A stretch of DNA of 64,000 nt from Alphaproteobacteria bacterium (GTDB taxonomy: Bacteria > Pseudomonadota > Alphaproteobacteria > MPNO01 > UBA830): positions 1,408,001 to 1,472,000 of the forward strand of contig OZ219791.1 in NCBI GenBank assembly GCA_964291215.2, given 5' to 3'. This document shows positions 55,822 through 64,000 of the stretch, piece by piece (position 1 is the first letter of the stretch; each line of letters begins with the position of its first letter). Position numbers and translations under genes: made by a program. Under the pieces are notes generated by a model. That model had not been told where the DNA came from. It did not search any database and saw only the letters and a program-made list of their open reading frames with translations.

Positions 55822-56163
55822 ATGCAGGATCTCGCGGAAAGAATACCAGATACTGAACAGTTTCTGGTCCTGGAATCGGAGGAACTCGGCGCAAAGCTGT
55901 TGTTTGTGCTGCGTCAACGGATCAAGAAAGGCGGCAAGTCGGTGCATCTTGGCAATTTCTTGAACGACATGACAGTAACTGGAAACCGCAAACGCGTATC
56001 CGATATTTGGTCCGTCGAGAAATTCGAGAAATCAGAAGAAGAGATAAAGGTCGCCATTTGTGAGGCTTGGGCATGGCTGGAGGCGCAGGGGATGCTCATC
56101 CCGAGCCCTGACATTAATGGCCAACACAGTTTCCGCATCCTGAGTCGACGGGCACATCAATAC
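55822..56163 (+). pseudogene. N-terminal part of a TIGR02391-like protein, truncated by IS30
   Basis: Lower GC; IPDTEQFLVLESEELG..EAWAWLEAQGMLIP..ILSRRA. Confidence 0.6.
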
Positions 56164-56467
56164 GAACCCCCGTTCCATAGTGAAGTGCAACACATGATGG
56201 GCTATGGCCATGTGTTTTTAGACGCATGATGTTGCGGAGCGGTAGCGGCGAGAGTTCCTGTACAAGATGGAGGGAGCTTGTTCATGTCCAAAGGCTACCG
56301 TCACCTACGAAGAGCGATGCCAGATTGAGGCAGAAAAGCGGTCTTTCACAAGGTGCGATTGCTCGGCAGCTGGGCCGTTCAACAATTTTCCGGGAGATCA
56401 AGCGCAACACCGGGGGACGGGGTTATCGTCACAAGCAGGCGCAAAGGATGGCAGAAACGCGCGTAGT
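56164..56467 (+). mobile_element. IS30-family 5' fragment
   Basis: MSKGYRH/TYEERCQIE/SGLSQGAIARQLGRSTIFREIKRNTGGRGYRHKQAQ. Confidence 0.85.
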
Positions 56468-56795
56468 GGGTACTGTAACTTGATGTCTGGAAATTTGTCT
56501 GAGGTTTGCGCTTTGAGGCGTTTCACTGGGGGCTAGCCCCCCAGTGAAACGCGGCGCCATCGTGCTATCCCATGGAGCTGTAAACATTCATGGAGGAAGC
56601 GAATGGACCTGCGACACACTACGACGATCGGGACTGTTTTGGAACACCTGATCGCAAACGGAGCAACGGATCTGGGGCGGGTCTTTGGCCAGCTCTTCGA
56701 GCTTGCGATGCAAATCGAGCGCGAGCAGCACTTGAAAGCGAGCCACTACGAACGGACACCGGAGCGACAGGGCTATGCCAACGGCTACAAGCGGA
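56468..56795 (+). mobile_element. IS256 5' fragment, inverted relative to 54511-55791
   Basis: Matches rc of about 55465-55791; MDLRHTTTI..GYANGYKR. Confidence 0.92.
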
Positions 56796-56994
56796 ACGAC
56801 AATTCCGGCGGGACGGAGAGGTGGTTCCGCTGAGCGGCCTAGGCGAAATGCTTGACGGGCTGTAGCGAAGGACCCTGATCCGGAACCGCGCTCTTCTCCC
56901 AGAATCGGCGCATCCGTGAAGTTGCACCGTCTGCGCAAACGGTGCGATCCGGCCGGCAACCACATCTGAAACCGGCGATGCCGCTCCGGGGTGA

Positions 56995-57915
56995 CTATCC
57001 CGACGGGCGGAAGGGCCGCGCCAGCGATGCAGGGAAGTGGAGCATGAGAATCTGCCGGTTGCGGGAAATGATCACGAGAACCGCGATGGTAGCAAGATAG
57101 GGAAGCGCGGACAGGAGTTGCGAGGGAATCGCAAGGCCAAGCGCCTGGCCCTGCAACTGCAGGATGGTCACGCCGCCGAACAGCCATGCCCCCGCCATCA
57201 CCCGGAACGGCCGCCAGGTCGCGAACACGACGAGTGCGAGCGCGATCCATCCCCGGCCCGCTGTCATATTTTCGACCCAGAGCGGAGTATAGGCAATGGA
57301 CAGATAGGCGCCGCCCAGTCCGGCCATCAGGCCGCCGAACAGCACCGCAAGATAGCGGATTGCGATTACCGAATAACCGATCGCATGCGACGACTGCGGC
57401 GATTCCCCGATGGTGCGGACCACGAGGCCGGACTTGGTGCGATACAGTACCCAGGTGATCACACCGAACAGGATGAAGGACAGGTAGACAAGCGGGTCGT
57501 ACTGGAAGAGCAGTGGCCCGATCACGGGTATGTCGGCAAGGATGGGAATATGAAACGCCGACAGTGCTTCGACCGGGGTGCTGCCGAAGCCGCGCCCGAT
57601 CGAGGCCGAGACGCCGGAGCCGAAGATCGTCAGCGCTAGTCCCGCCGCGTACTGGTTGGTCATGAAGGTCAGCGCGAGGATGCCGAAGATCAGGGACGCT
57701 GCCGCGCCCGCCGCCGCCGCCGCCGCTATCGCCACCGACATGGGAAATCCCGCAAACGACACCCATACCGCCACCGCCGCACCGATAAGCATCATGCCCT
57801 CGATGCCAAGATTGACGACCCCCGACTTTTCGACAACGAGCTCGCCGAGAGCTGCGAATATCAGCGGCGTCGCGGCAATCACCGTTCCCGTAAATATGGC
57901 GGTGAACAGGTCCAT
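56995..57915 (-). CDS. BMP/CUT2-type ABC permease
   Basis: ATPLIFAALGELVVEKSGVVNLGIEGMM, MTAGRGWIALALVVF. Confidence 0.95.
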   Translation of the reverse strand: MDLFTAIFTGTVIAATPLIFAALGELVVEKSGVVNLGIEGMMLIGAAVAVWVSFAGFPMSVAIAAAAAAGAAASLIFGILALTFMTNQYAAGLALTIFGSGVSASIGRGFGSTPVEALSAFHIPILADIPVIGPLLFQYDPLVYLSFILFGVITWVLYRTKSGLVVRTIGESPQSSHAIGYSVIAIRYLAVLFGGLMAGLGGAYLSIAYTPLWVENMTAGRGWIALALVVFATWRPFRVMAGAWLFGGVTILQLQGQALGLAIPSQLLSALPYLATIAVLVIISRNRQILMLHFPASLARPFRPSG

Positions 57916-57920
57916 GGGCT

Positions 57921-58997
57921 TTAGCGTCCCGCAAGCTTGATGCGATAGAAGATGAGGAAATCGGCAGCCAGCAGGAAGAACAGCAGCATGCCCTGGAATA
58001 TCCGTGTCAGTGACGACGGCATGCCCAGGCTCAACTGGACCGCTTCGCCGCCAAGATAAAGGAGCGCCAGCAGCAGCCCGCCGAACACGATTCCGAACGC
58101 GTTCAGGCGGCCGATGAATGCGACGATGATGGCGGCGAACCCGTATCCCGGAGAAATCTGCGGCGACAGTTGCCCGAGCGGACCCGCTGCCTCGGCCATG
58201 CCGGCAATGCCGGCGGCCGCGCCGCCGATGAGAAGGCCGAACCAGATCGAAGCCGAGTCCGAGAAACCCGCATAGCGCGCCGCCGCCGGCGCCTCGCCAC
58301 TGACCGCCATCTGGTAGCCAAGAAAACTGCGGCCGCTGAAGATCCACATCGCGAATACTGCGACCACGGTGATGAAGATCGAACCGTTGACACGGTAGGC
58401 GCCATGCAGCGGATCGAACATGGCCGTCGGCGGCAGGAGTGCCGTCTGCGGGTAGTTGAATCCGGCCGGATCGCGCCACGGCCCGTGAACCAGATAGGAG
58501 AGCAACAGCGTCGCCACGTAGGTGAGCATCAGGGTGACAAGTATCTCGTTGGTGTTGTAGCGATCGCGCAGAAATGCCGGTATCGCCGCCCACAGCATTC
58601 CGCCGGCCATGCCAGCGACCAGCATCAGGGGAAGGACCGCCGCGCTTTCGCGGTCGGGGAAGAAGAGGCCCACCCCCGTCGCCATGATGGCGCCGATTAC
58701 GAGTTGCCCCTCGGCCCCGATATTCCAGACATTGGCGCGAAACCCGATCGCGAGCCCAAGCGCGATCAGGATCAGCGGCGACGCCTTCAGAAGCAGTTCC
58801 GAGACCCCGTTGAGAGAACTCACCGGTTCGACGAAAAACGCCTCGAACGCGGCCACCGGGTCATGACCAAGTGCGGCAAACAGGATCGAGCCGCACAGAA
58901 TCGTGAGCGCGGTCGCCATCACGGGCGCGGCGATCCGCATCGTCGCCGAAGGTTCGGTGCGCCGATCGATGACCGGCCAGAGCGGAAGAGCTCCCAT
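57921..58997 (-). CDS. BMP/CUT2-type ABC permease
   Basis: WNIGAEGQ, NEILVTLML, GYGFAAIIVAFIGRL. Confidence 0.95.
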   Translation of the reverse strand: MGALPLWPVIDRRTEPSATMRIAAPVMATALTILCGSILFAALGHDPVAAFEAFFVEPVSSLNGVSELLLKASPLILIALGLAIGFRANVWNIGAEGQLVIGAIMATGVGLFFPDRESAAVLPLMLVAGMAGGMLWAAIPAFLRDRYNTNEILVTLMLTYVATLLLSYLVHGPWRDPAGFNYPQTALLPPTAMFDPLHGAYRVNGSIFITVVAVFAMWIFSGRSFLGYQMAVSGEAPAAARYAGFSDSASIWFGLLIGGAAAGIAGMAEAAGPLGQLSPQISPGYGFAAIIVAFIGRLNAFGIVFGGLLLALLYLGGEAVQLSLGMPSSLTRIFQGMLLFFLLAADFLIFYRIKLAGR

Positions 58998-59005
58998 CGA
59001 ACGCC

Positions 59006-60538
59006 TCAGGCCCGGGCGCGGGTCATGAGAAGCCCGACTTCCTCGTAAGTCGTCTGCCCGCGCTCAAGCGAGCGCGACAGCGAGCCTTCGCACATGACCA
59101 GGATCCGGTCGCAGATCTCGAACAACTCGTCGAGCTCCTCCGAGATCACGAGGATTGCCGCTCCCGTCCGGCTGATATCGATGAGAGTCTGGCGTATGTA
59201 TGCCGCCGCGCCGACATCGACGCCCCAGGTTGGCTGCGACACCAGAAGGATGCCGGGCCGCAGCTCGATCTCACGCCCCACAATGTACTTCTGGAGGTTG
59301 CCGCCCGACAAACTCTGGGCGAGGCTGTTGACGCCGTTGGTCCGGACATTAAACTTCTCGATGACGTTGCCGGCATATCCCCGCGCGCGACGGCGGTCCA
59401 CCAGGCCGCGCCGTATCATGCCGGTCCGGTGACCGGTAAGGATCGCGTTCTCGCTGAGCTGGTGGGGCGGAACGGCGCCGCGGCCAAGCCGTTCCTCGGG
59501 CACGAACGCAAATCCGAGCCGCCGCCGCCGCCCTGCACCGAGATGGGCAACGGGCTTTCCGAACATACTTATCGCGTCAGGCGTGGCATTTAGCGTCCGC
59601 TCTCCGCTCAGCAGGCCGGCAAGCTCAGCCTGGCCGTTGCCCGATATGCCGGCAATCCCGACGATCTCTCCGCCGAAGACCTCGAAAGAGACATCTGCGA
59701 TGCGGGTGCCGAACCGGTCGGCGGGCTCCGCCGACAGGTTCCGCACCTTGAGGACCGGCTCTGCGCTGCGTTCCGCAGGCTCTGCGTGAGTCTCGGGAAG
59801 CTCGGTTCCGACCATCAGCCGCGCGATGTCCTCCGTCGAGGCAGCCCGGGGATCGACCGTGCCGACAACCCTGCCGTTCCTCAGCACCGTCGCGGTGTCG
59901 CAGAGTTCCTGCACTTCATGCAGCTTGTGGCTGATGTAGAGGATGCTGCATCCCTCGCCAGCCAGCTGGCGAAGCGTCTCGAACAGCCGCGGCACGGCCT
60001 GCGGCGCCAGCACCGATGTGGGCTCGTCGAGAATCAGCAGGCGCGGGCTCTGAAGCAGGCAGCGCACGATCTCGACGCGCTGGCGTTCACCGACCGAAAG
60101 CGTGTGGACCAGCCGCCCGGGATCGATCGGCAGGCCGTAGCGCTCGGACACTTCCGAGATCTTCCCCGAGAGCGCGTCGAGGTCGAACCTGCCCCCGACC
60201 GAGAGCGCGATGTTCTCGACCACGGTGACCGATTCGAACAGCGCGAAATGCTGGTAGACCATCTCGATGCCGAGCGCACGCGACACCGCAGGGTTGTGGG
60301 CGCGGATCGGTTCGCCGTCGCACAGGATTTCCCCCTCGTCGGCAAGCACGGCGCCGTAGATGATCTTCATCAGGGTGCTCTTGCCGGCGCCGTTCTCGCC
60401 GAGCACCGCATGGATCTCGCCCGGCATGACGGACGCAGAAATCCCGTCATTGGCGACGACGCCGGGATAGCGCTTGCGGATGCCGCGCAGTTCCAGCCGT
60501 GGAATCATGTCTGCGAACCGGCGCCCGGACCCGGTCAT
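59006..60538 (-). CDS. ABC ATP-binding protein (double domain, nucleoside/purine type)
   Basis: GENGAGKSTL, LSVGERQ, LSGGNLQK. Confidence 0.96.
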   Translation of the reverse strand: MTGSGRRFADMIPRLELRGIRKRYPGVVANDGISASVMPGEIHAVLGENGAGKSTLMKIIYGAVLADEGEILCDGEPIRAHNPAVSRALGIEMVYQHFALFESVTVVENIALSVGGRFDLDALSGKISEVSERYGLPIDPGRLVHTLSVGERQRVEIVRCLLQSPRLLILDEPTSVLAPQAVPRLFETLRQLAGEGCSILYISHKLHEVQELCDTATVLRNGRVVGTVDPRAASTEDIARLMVGTELPETHAEPAERSAEPVLKVRNLSAEPADRFGTRIADVSFEVFGGEIVGIAGISGNGQAELAGLLSGERTLNATPDAISMFGKPVAHLGAGRRRRLGFAFVPEERLGRGAVPPHQLSENAILTGHRTGMIRRGLVDRRRARGYAGNVIEKFNVRTNGVNSLAQSLSGGNLQKYIVGREIELRPGILLVSQPTWGVDVGAAAYIRQTLIDISRTGAAILVISEELDELFEICDRILVMCEGSLSRSLERGQTTYEEVGLLMTRARA

Positions 60539-60578
60539 GGCGCCCCGCCGTGCGGGGCGCCATGGACACGTCGAGAGT

Positions 60579-61667
60579 CTAGCCGAGCTTGCCGATCATG
60601 CCGGCAACGAACCAGTCGAACTTGCGAATGTCGGGATTGGACAGGACGCCGCCCTTGGCGACCCGCACCTTGCCCGCCTGGTCCTTGATCTCGCCGGCAT
60701 AGGGATGAAGCTTGCCGTTCCTGATCGACTTCTCGGTTGCCGCCAGCTTAGCGCGGACATCGGCGGGAATGGCATTGTTGTAGGGCGACATTCTGACGAC
60801 GCCCTCGGCAAGGCCCTGCCATCTGACCGTGGACTTCCACGTTCCGGCCGCAACCGCCTTGGCAGCGGCAACATAGACGCTGCTCCAGTCGAGCATGAAG
60901 GCCGTGAGATGGGTCTTGGGCGCGAACTTCGCCATGTCGCTGGCATAGCCGACCGACCAGGCTCCCTTCTCGCCGGCTACCTGGACGCCGGTGGCAGTAT
61001 CCGTCATCGAGCAGATGACGTCGCAACCTTGGGAAATCAGCGTGTTGGTCGCCTCCTTCTCCTTGCCCGGATCGAACCACGAATTCAGGAAGATCGCGCT
61101 GCAGGTGATCTTGGGATTGACGCTCTGGGCGCCGAGAAGCAGGGCATTCGCCGGACCGACGATATCGGGAATCGGGAAACCGCCCACAAAGCCGATCTTC
61201 GCGGCCTTGGACACGTGCCCCGCGGCCACGCCGGCGACATAGGTGCCCTCGTAGTACTTGGCCTCGAACGTACCGAGATTCGGAAGATGGACGATTCCCG
61301 AGCAGTGCTCAAAGGCGACCTTCGGAAAGCGCGGCGCGACCTTCTGCATCGGCGTGCCGTGCGAGAAACTGGTCCCGAAGATGAGCTGGTGTCCGTTGCT
61401 CGCCAGCTGCCGGAAGACGCGCTCGGCGTCCTGGGGCTTGAAGATGTTGTCGATGACGGTGATCTTGACCTTGTCGCCGAGCGCCTCCCGGATCGCGTCG
61501 ACGCCGAGGCTGTGCTGCTTGGTCCAGCCGATTTCGGACACCGGCGAAACATAGACGACCCCGACCCTCAGCGGGTCGGCAGCAACGGCATGGGACGCAA
61601 GGCCGGTGCTAACTAGCGCAGAACCGGCGGCGGCCATGAATTCACGGCGTGTCGTTGACAGTTTCAT
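60579..61667 (-). CDS. BMP-family purine/nucleoside-binding protein with Tat signal
   Basis: MKLSTTRREFMAAA twin-arginine; GWTKQH, GTSF, SWFDP. Confidence 0.93.
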   Translation of the reverse strand: MKLSTTRREFMAAAGSALVSTGLASHAVAADPLRVGVVYVSPVSEIGWTKQHSLGVDAIREALGDKVKITVIDNIFKPQDAERVFRQLASNGHQLIFGTSFSHGTPMQKVAPRFPKVAFEHCSGIVHLPNLGTFEAKYYEGTYVAGVAAGHVSKAAKIGFVGGFPIPDIVGPANALLLGAQSVNPKITCSAIFLNSWFDPGKEKEATNTLISQGCDVICSMTDTATGVQVAGEKGAWSVGYASDMAKFAPKTHLTAFMLDWSSVYVAAAKAVAAGTWKSTVRWQGLAEGVVRMSPYNNAIPADVRAKLAATEKSIRNGKLHPYAGEIKDQAGKVRVAKGGVLSNPDIRKFDWFVAGMIGKLG

Positions 61668-61984
61668 TTGGGCCTCCACTTTGTCTTGTTGCGGGCTTCC
61701 TCGAACGGTCCGTGGCGGATCCGCTGCCGGTCGGACCTGCAGCCGGCCCCGCCCGTCCCGCGCCATCGCTCTCGGGAACGGACGGAGTCCGATCATCAGT
61801 CTTATAGCCGCCAAACCCCGGCAATGACAGATGCTGCACGAGCTGATTCCGCCATCGAGCCAATCCCGTCCACCGGGTTCTCCACAGGCAGCGTTCCGCC
61901 GCACCAAGCCAATGCCTCTGCGCTTGAGTTAGGAAGGATCCCGCAACATAATCCCGCAGCCTACCCCAGCACCGGAACGCAGGC

Positions 61985-62839
61985 ATGGATCTCGCATCGA
62001 ACGCAGGACTGTTTGCGGATTGGCACGTGGTCGCCGACCTTGAGAACCTCCGCCAATCCGGCAGCCACGAGACACGGCTGTTCGGAGAGCATCTTGCGAT
62101 ATCGCGACCCGGCGACGGTTTTCCCGCCGTCGTTCTTGCCGGCGGGAAAACCGTCGCGGCACAGGAGAAGTACGGCTTCGTCTGGGCGAGCCTCGGAGAG
62201 CCGGCTGCCGACATCATCGATATCCCCGAAGCGGAAGAGGGCGACCGCCATATCGTGACCGGGGGCTCGATCGCCGTCCACGCATCGGGATTGCGGGTGG
62301 TCGAGAACTTTCTCGACATGGGGCATTTTCCGTTCGTGCATGCTGGCTGGCTCGGCACCGAGCCGCACACCGAGGTTCCCGCCTACGAGGTTGCCTTCGC
62401 CGGAGACGACCAGATTCTGGCGACCGACTGCAGGTTCTTCCAGCCGGTCGCCTCGCCGACCGCAGAGAGCGGCTTCATGGTCGACTACGTCTACCGCGTG
62501 TTCCGACCCTACAGCGTCGCCCTTTACAAGAGCAACCCGACGCAGCCGGACCGCAAGGACTTCATCGCCCTGTTCGTCCAGCCGGTCGACGAGGAACGCT
62601 GCGTCGCCCATCCGTTCCTGTGCTATCTGATGGACGGAATCGACTGCGCCACGGTGCGCTGGTTCATGCAGTTGATCTTCGCCCAGGACAAGCCGATCCT
62701 CGAGAACCAGCTTCCGAAGAAGCTGCCGCTTGACCCGCGCACCGAGACTCCCGTCCGGGCCGATGCCGTCTCGGTGTCCTACCGGCGCTGGCTGCGGGAC
62801 CGGCGGGTAAGCTACGGCGCCGTTCCGCAGGCGGTCTGA
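61985..62839 (+). CDS. NdmC-like N-demethylase catalytic subunit lacking the Rieske cluster
   Basis: No CxH/CxxH; SGLRVVENFLDMGHFPFVH, YRVFRPYS..LYK, IFAQDKPILENQ, YRRWLR. Confidence 0.85.
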   Translation: MDLASNAGLFADWHVVADLENLRQSGSHETRLFGEHLAISRPGDGFPAVVLAGGKTVAAQEKYGFVWASLGEPAADIIDIPEAEEGDRHIVTGGSIAVHASGLRVVENFLDMGHFPFVHAGWLGTEPHTEVPAYEVAFAGDDQILATDCRFFQPVASPTAESGFMVDYVYRVFRPYSVALYKSNPTQPDRKDFIALFVQPVDEERCVAHPFLCYLMDGIDCATVRWFMQLIFAQDKPILENQLPKKLPLDPRTETPVRADAVSVSYRRWLRDRRVSYGAVPQAV

Positions 62840-62843
62840 AGCC

Positions 62844-63755
62844 ATGGCCGCAGAACACGCATCCCGCACGCCCGAAAAGGGCGCCATAGCCGAACCCGCA
62901 TGCGCGGATCCGGTCGTGCTTGACCTGTGGCATGCAATCGGCGCAGTGGACGAGGCGTCAGAAGTGCAGCACACGGAACTTCTGGGCCAGCCGCTGTCAT
63001 ACCGGATCGACGCAAGTGGGACTCCCCGGGTTCGGCCGCATGGCGATCCGGGAGATGGTGCCGCCCTGCCGGCATGCACCGCCTACGGCTATGTCTGGTG
63101 CAGTCTCGGCACGCCTGCGAGCGAGCTGTTTCCGATTCCGGAATATGAGGAAAAGGATCGTCGCAACCTCAACGCCGCGAGCATCGGCGTGCACGTGTCA
63201 GCACCGCGCGCGATCGAGAATTTTCTCGACCTCGGCCATTTCCCATTCGTGCATACCGGCATCCTCGGCGTCGAACCGCACACCGAGGTCAGGGAATACC
63301 GGGTCGAGGTCAGCGACGACAACCGTGAGATCGTCGCCACGAACTGCATGTTCTATCAGCCAAGGGCGGCGCCAACGTCGGAGTTCGGAGCGGATGTCGA
63401 ATACGTATACCGGGTGCCCCATCCCTTCTGTTCGGTGCTCTACAAGTCGAGCCCTCTCGATCCGGAGCGCATGGACATCATCGCTCTTTTCTGCCAGCCC
63501 CTCGACGAGCAGCGCACCCGCGCCCACATGCTTCTCAGCATCCTTGACGAGGACAACGAAGACCGCGAGATCCGGGCGTTCCAGCAGATGATATTCGGCC
63601 AGGACAAGCCGATTCTGGAAAACCAGTATCCGAAGAAGCTGCCGCTCGATCCGTGCGCGGAGACCCCGATCCGGGCCGACAAGTCAGCCATCTTCTACCG
63701 CCGCTGGCTGAGCCAACTCGGACTGACCTACGGCGTGGTCCCGGCCTCGTCATGA
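62844..63755 (+). CDS. Second NdmC-like N-demethylase subunit lacking the Rieske cluster
   Basis: RAIENFLDLGHFPFVHTGILG, FQQMIFGQDKPILENQ, YRRWL. Confidence 0.85.
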   Translation: MAAEHASRTPEKGAIAEPACADPVVLDLWHAIGAVDEASEVQHTELLGQPLSYRIDASGTPRVRPHGDPGDGAALPACTAYGYVWCSLGTPASELFPIPEYEEKDRRNLNAASIGVHVSAPRAIENFLDLGHFPFVHTGILGVEPHTEVREYRVEVSDDNREIVATNCMFYQPRAAPTSEFGADVEYVYRVPHPFCSVLYKSSPLDPERMDIIALFCQPLDEQRTRAHMLLSILDEDNEDREIRAFQQMIFGQDKPILENQYPKKLPLDPCAETPIRADKSAIFYRRWLSQLGLTYGVVPASS

Positions 63756-64000
63756 GCACCGCGGGCGCAACCCCCGACCCCGGAGCCGTCTGGGCCGACA
63801 TGGCCGGCGCGGATCCCGCGCGGGCGTGGCATCCTGTAGCGGCCGTGCATGACCTTCCCTACCGGCACGTCTTTCATGGCCAGCTGCTGGGACGCGAGCT
63901 TGCGATCTGGCGCGCCGACGACGGCTATGTGAACGCTTGGGAGAACCGCTGCCTGCATCGCGGCGTGCGCCTTTCCATCGGCGTCAATGATGGCCGCGAA
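63752..64000 (+). CDS. NdmD-like Rieske-domain protein, partial
   Basis: Manual translation from ATGA overlap: WHPVAAVHDLPYRHVFHGQLLGRELAIWRADDGYVNAWENRCLHRGVRLSIG. Confidence 0.82.
   Translation, partial: MSTAGATPDPGAVWADMAGADPARAWHPVAAVHDLPYRHVFHGQLLGRELAIWRADDGYVNAWENRCLHRGVRLSIGVNDGRE

Overview
GC-rich (~66%) bacterial window, probably alphaproteobacterial and host-associated. The FN3 autotransporter, secreted WD40 remnant and arylsulfotransferase suggest a sponge-type symbiont (inference). Intact catabolic genes dominate: tandem UbiD carboxy-lyases; GSTs; a hydrolase/FrmA/Rieske oxygenase/glutamine-synthetase-like operon; LLM monooxygenase; VOC enzymes; GMC oxidoreductase; a lone CoxL-like subunit; an fcs/pcaD/OYE operon; and a BMP purine-type ABC transporter divergent from an ndmC-ndmC-ndmD-like N-demethylase cluster. 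tRNA-Met(CAT) lies at 30909-30985. Between these are nested, decayed mobile elements. Most notable: (1) four copies of an IS66-family element carrying a Dam-like adenine methyltransferase passenger, two with perfect 8-bp TSDs; (2) a 6.2-kb FN3-array autotransporter with variable loops, placed out of frame with its ATG by a C22 tract, whose two flanking blocks recur at 53.7-54.3 kb without it; (3) dense, often in-frame micro-deletions in mobile DNA; (4) a doubled NdmC-type demethylase system. No CRISPR array or rRNA was seen. All family assignments come from motif recognition, not database searches.
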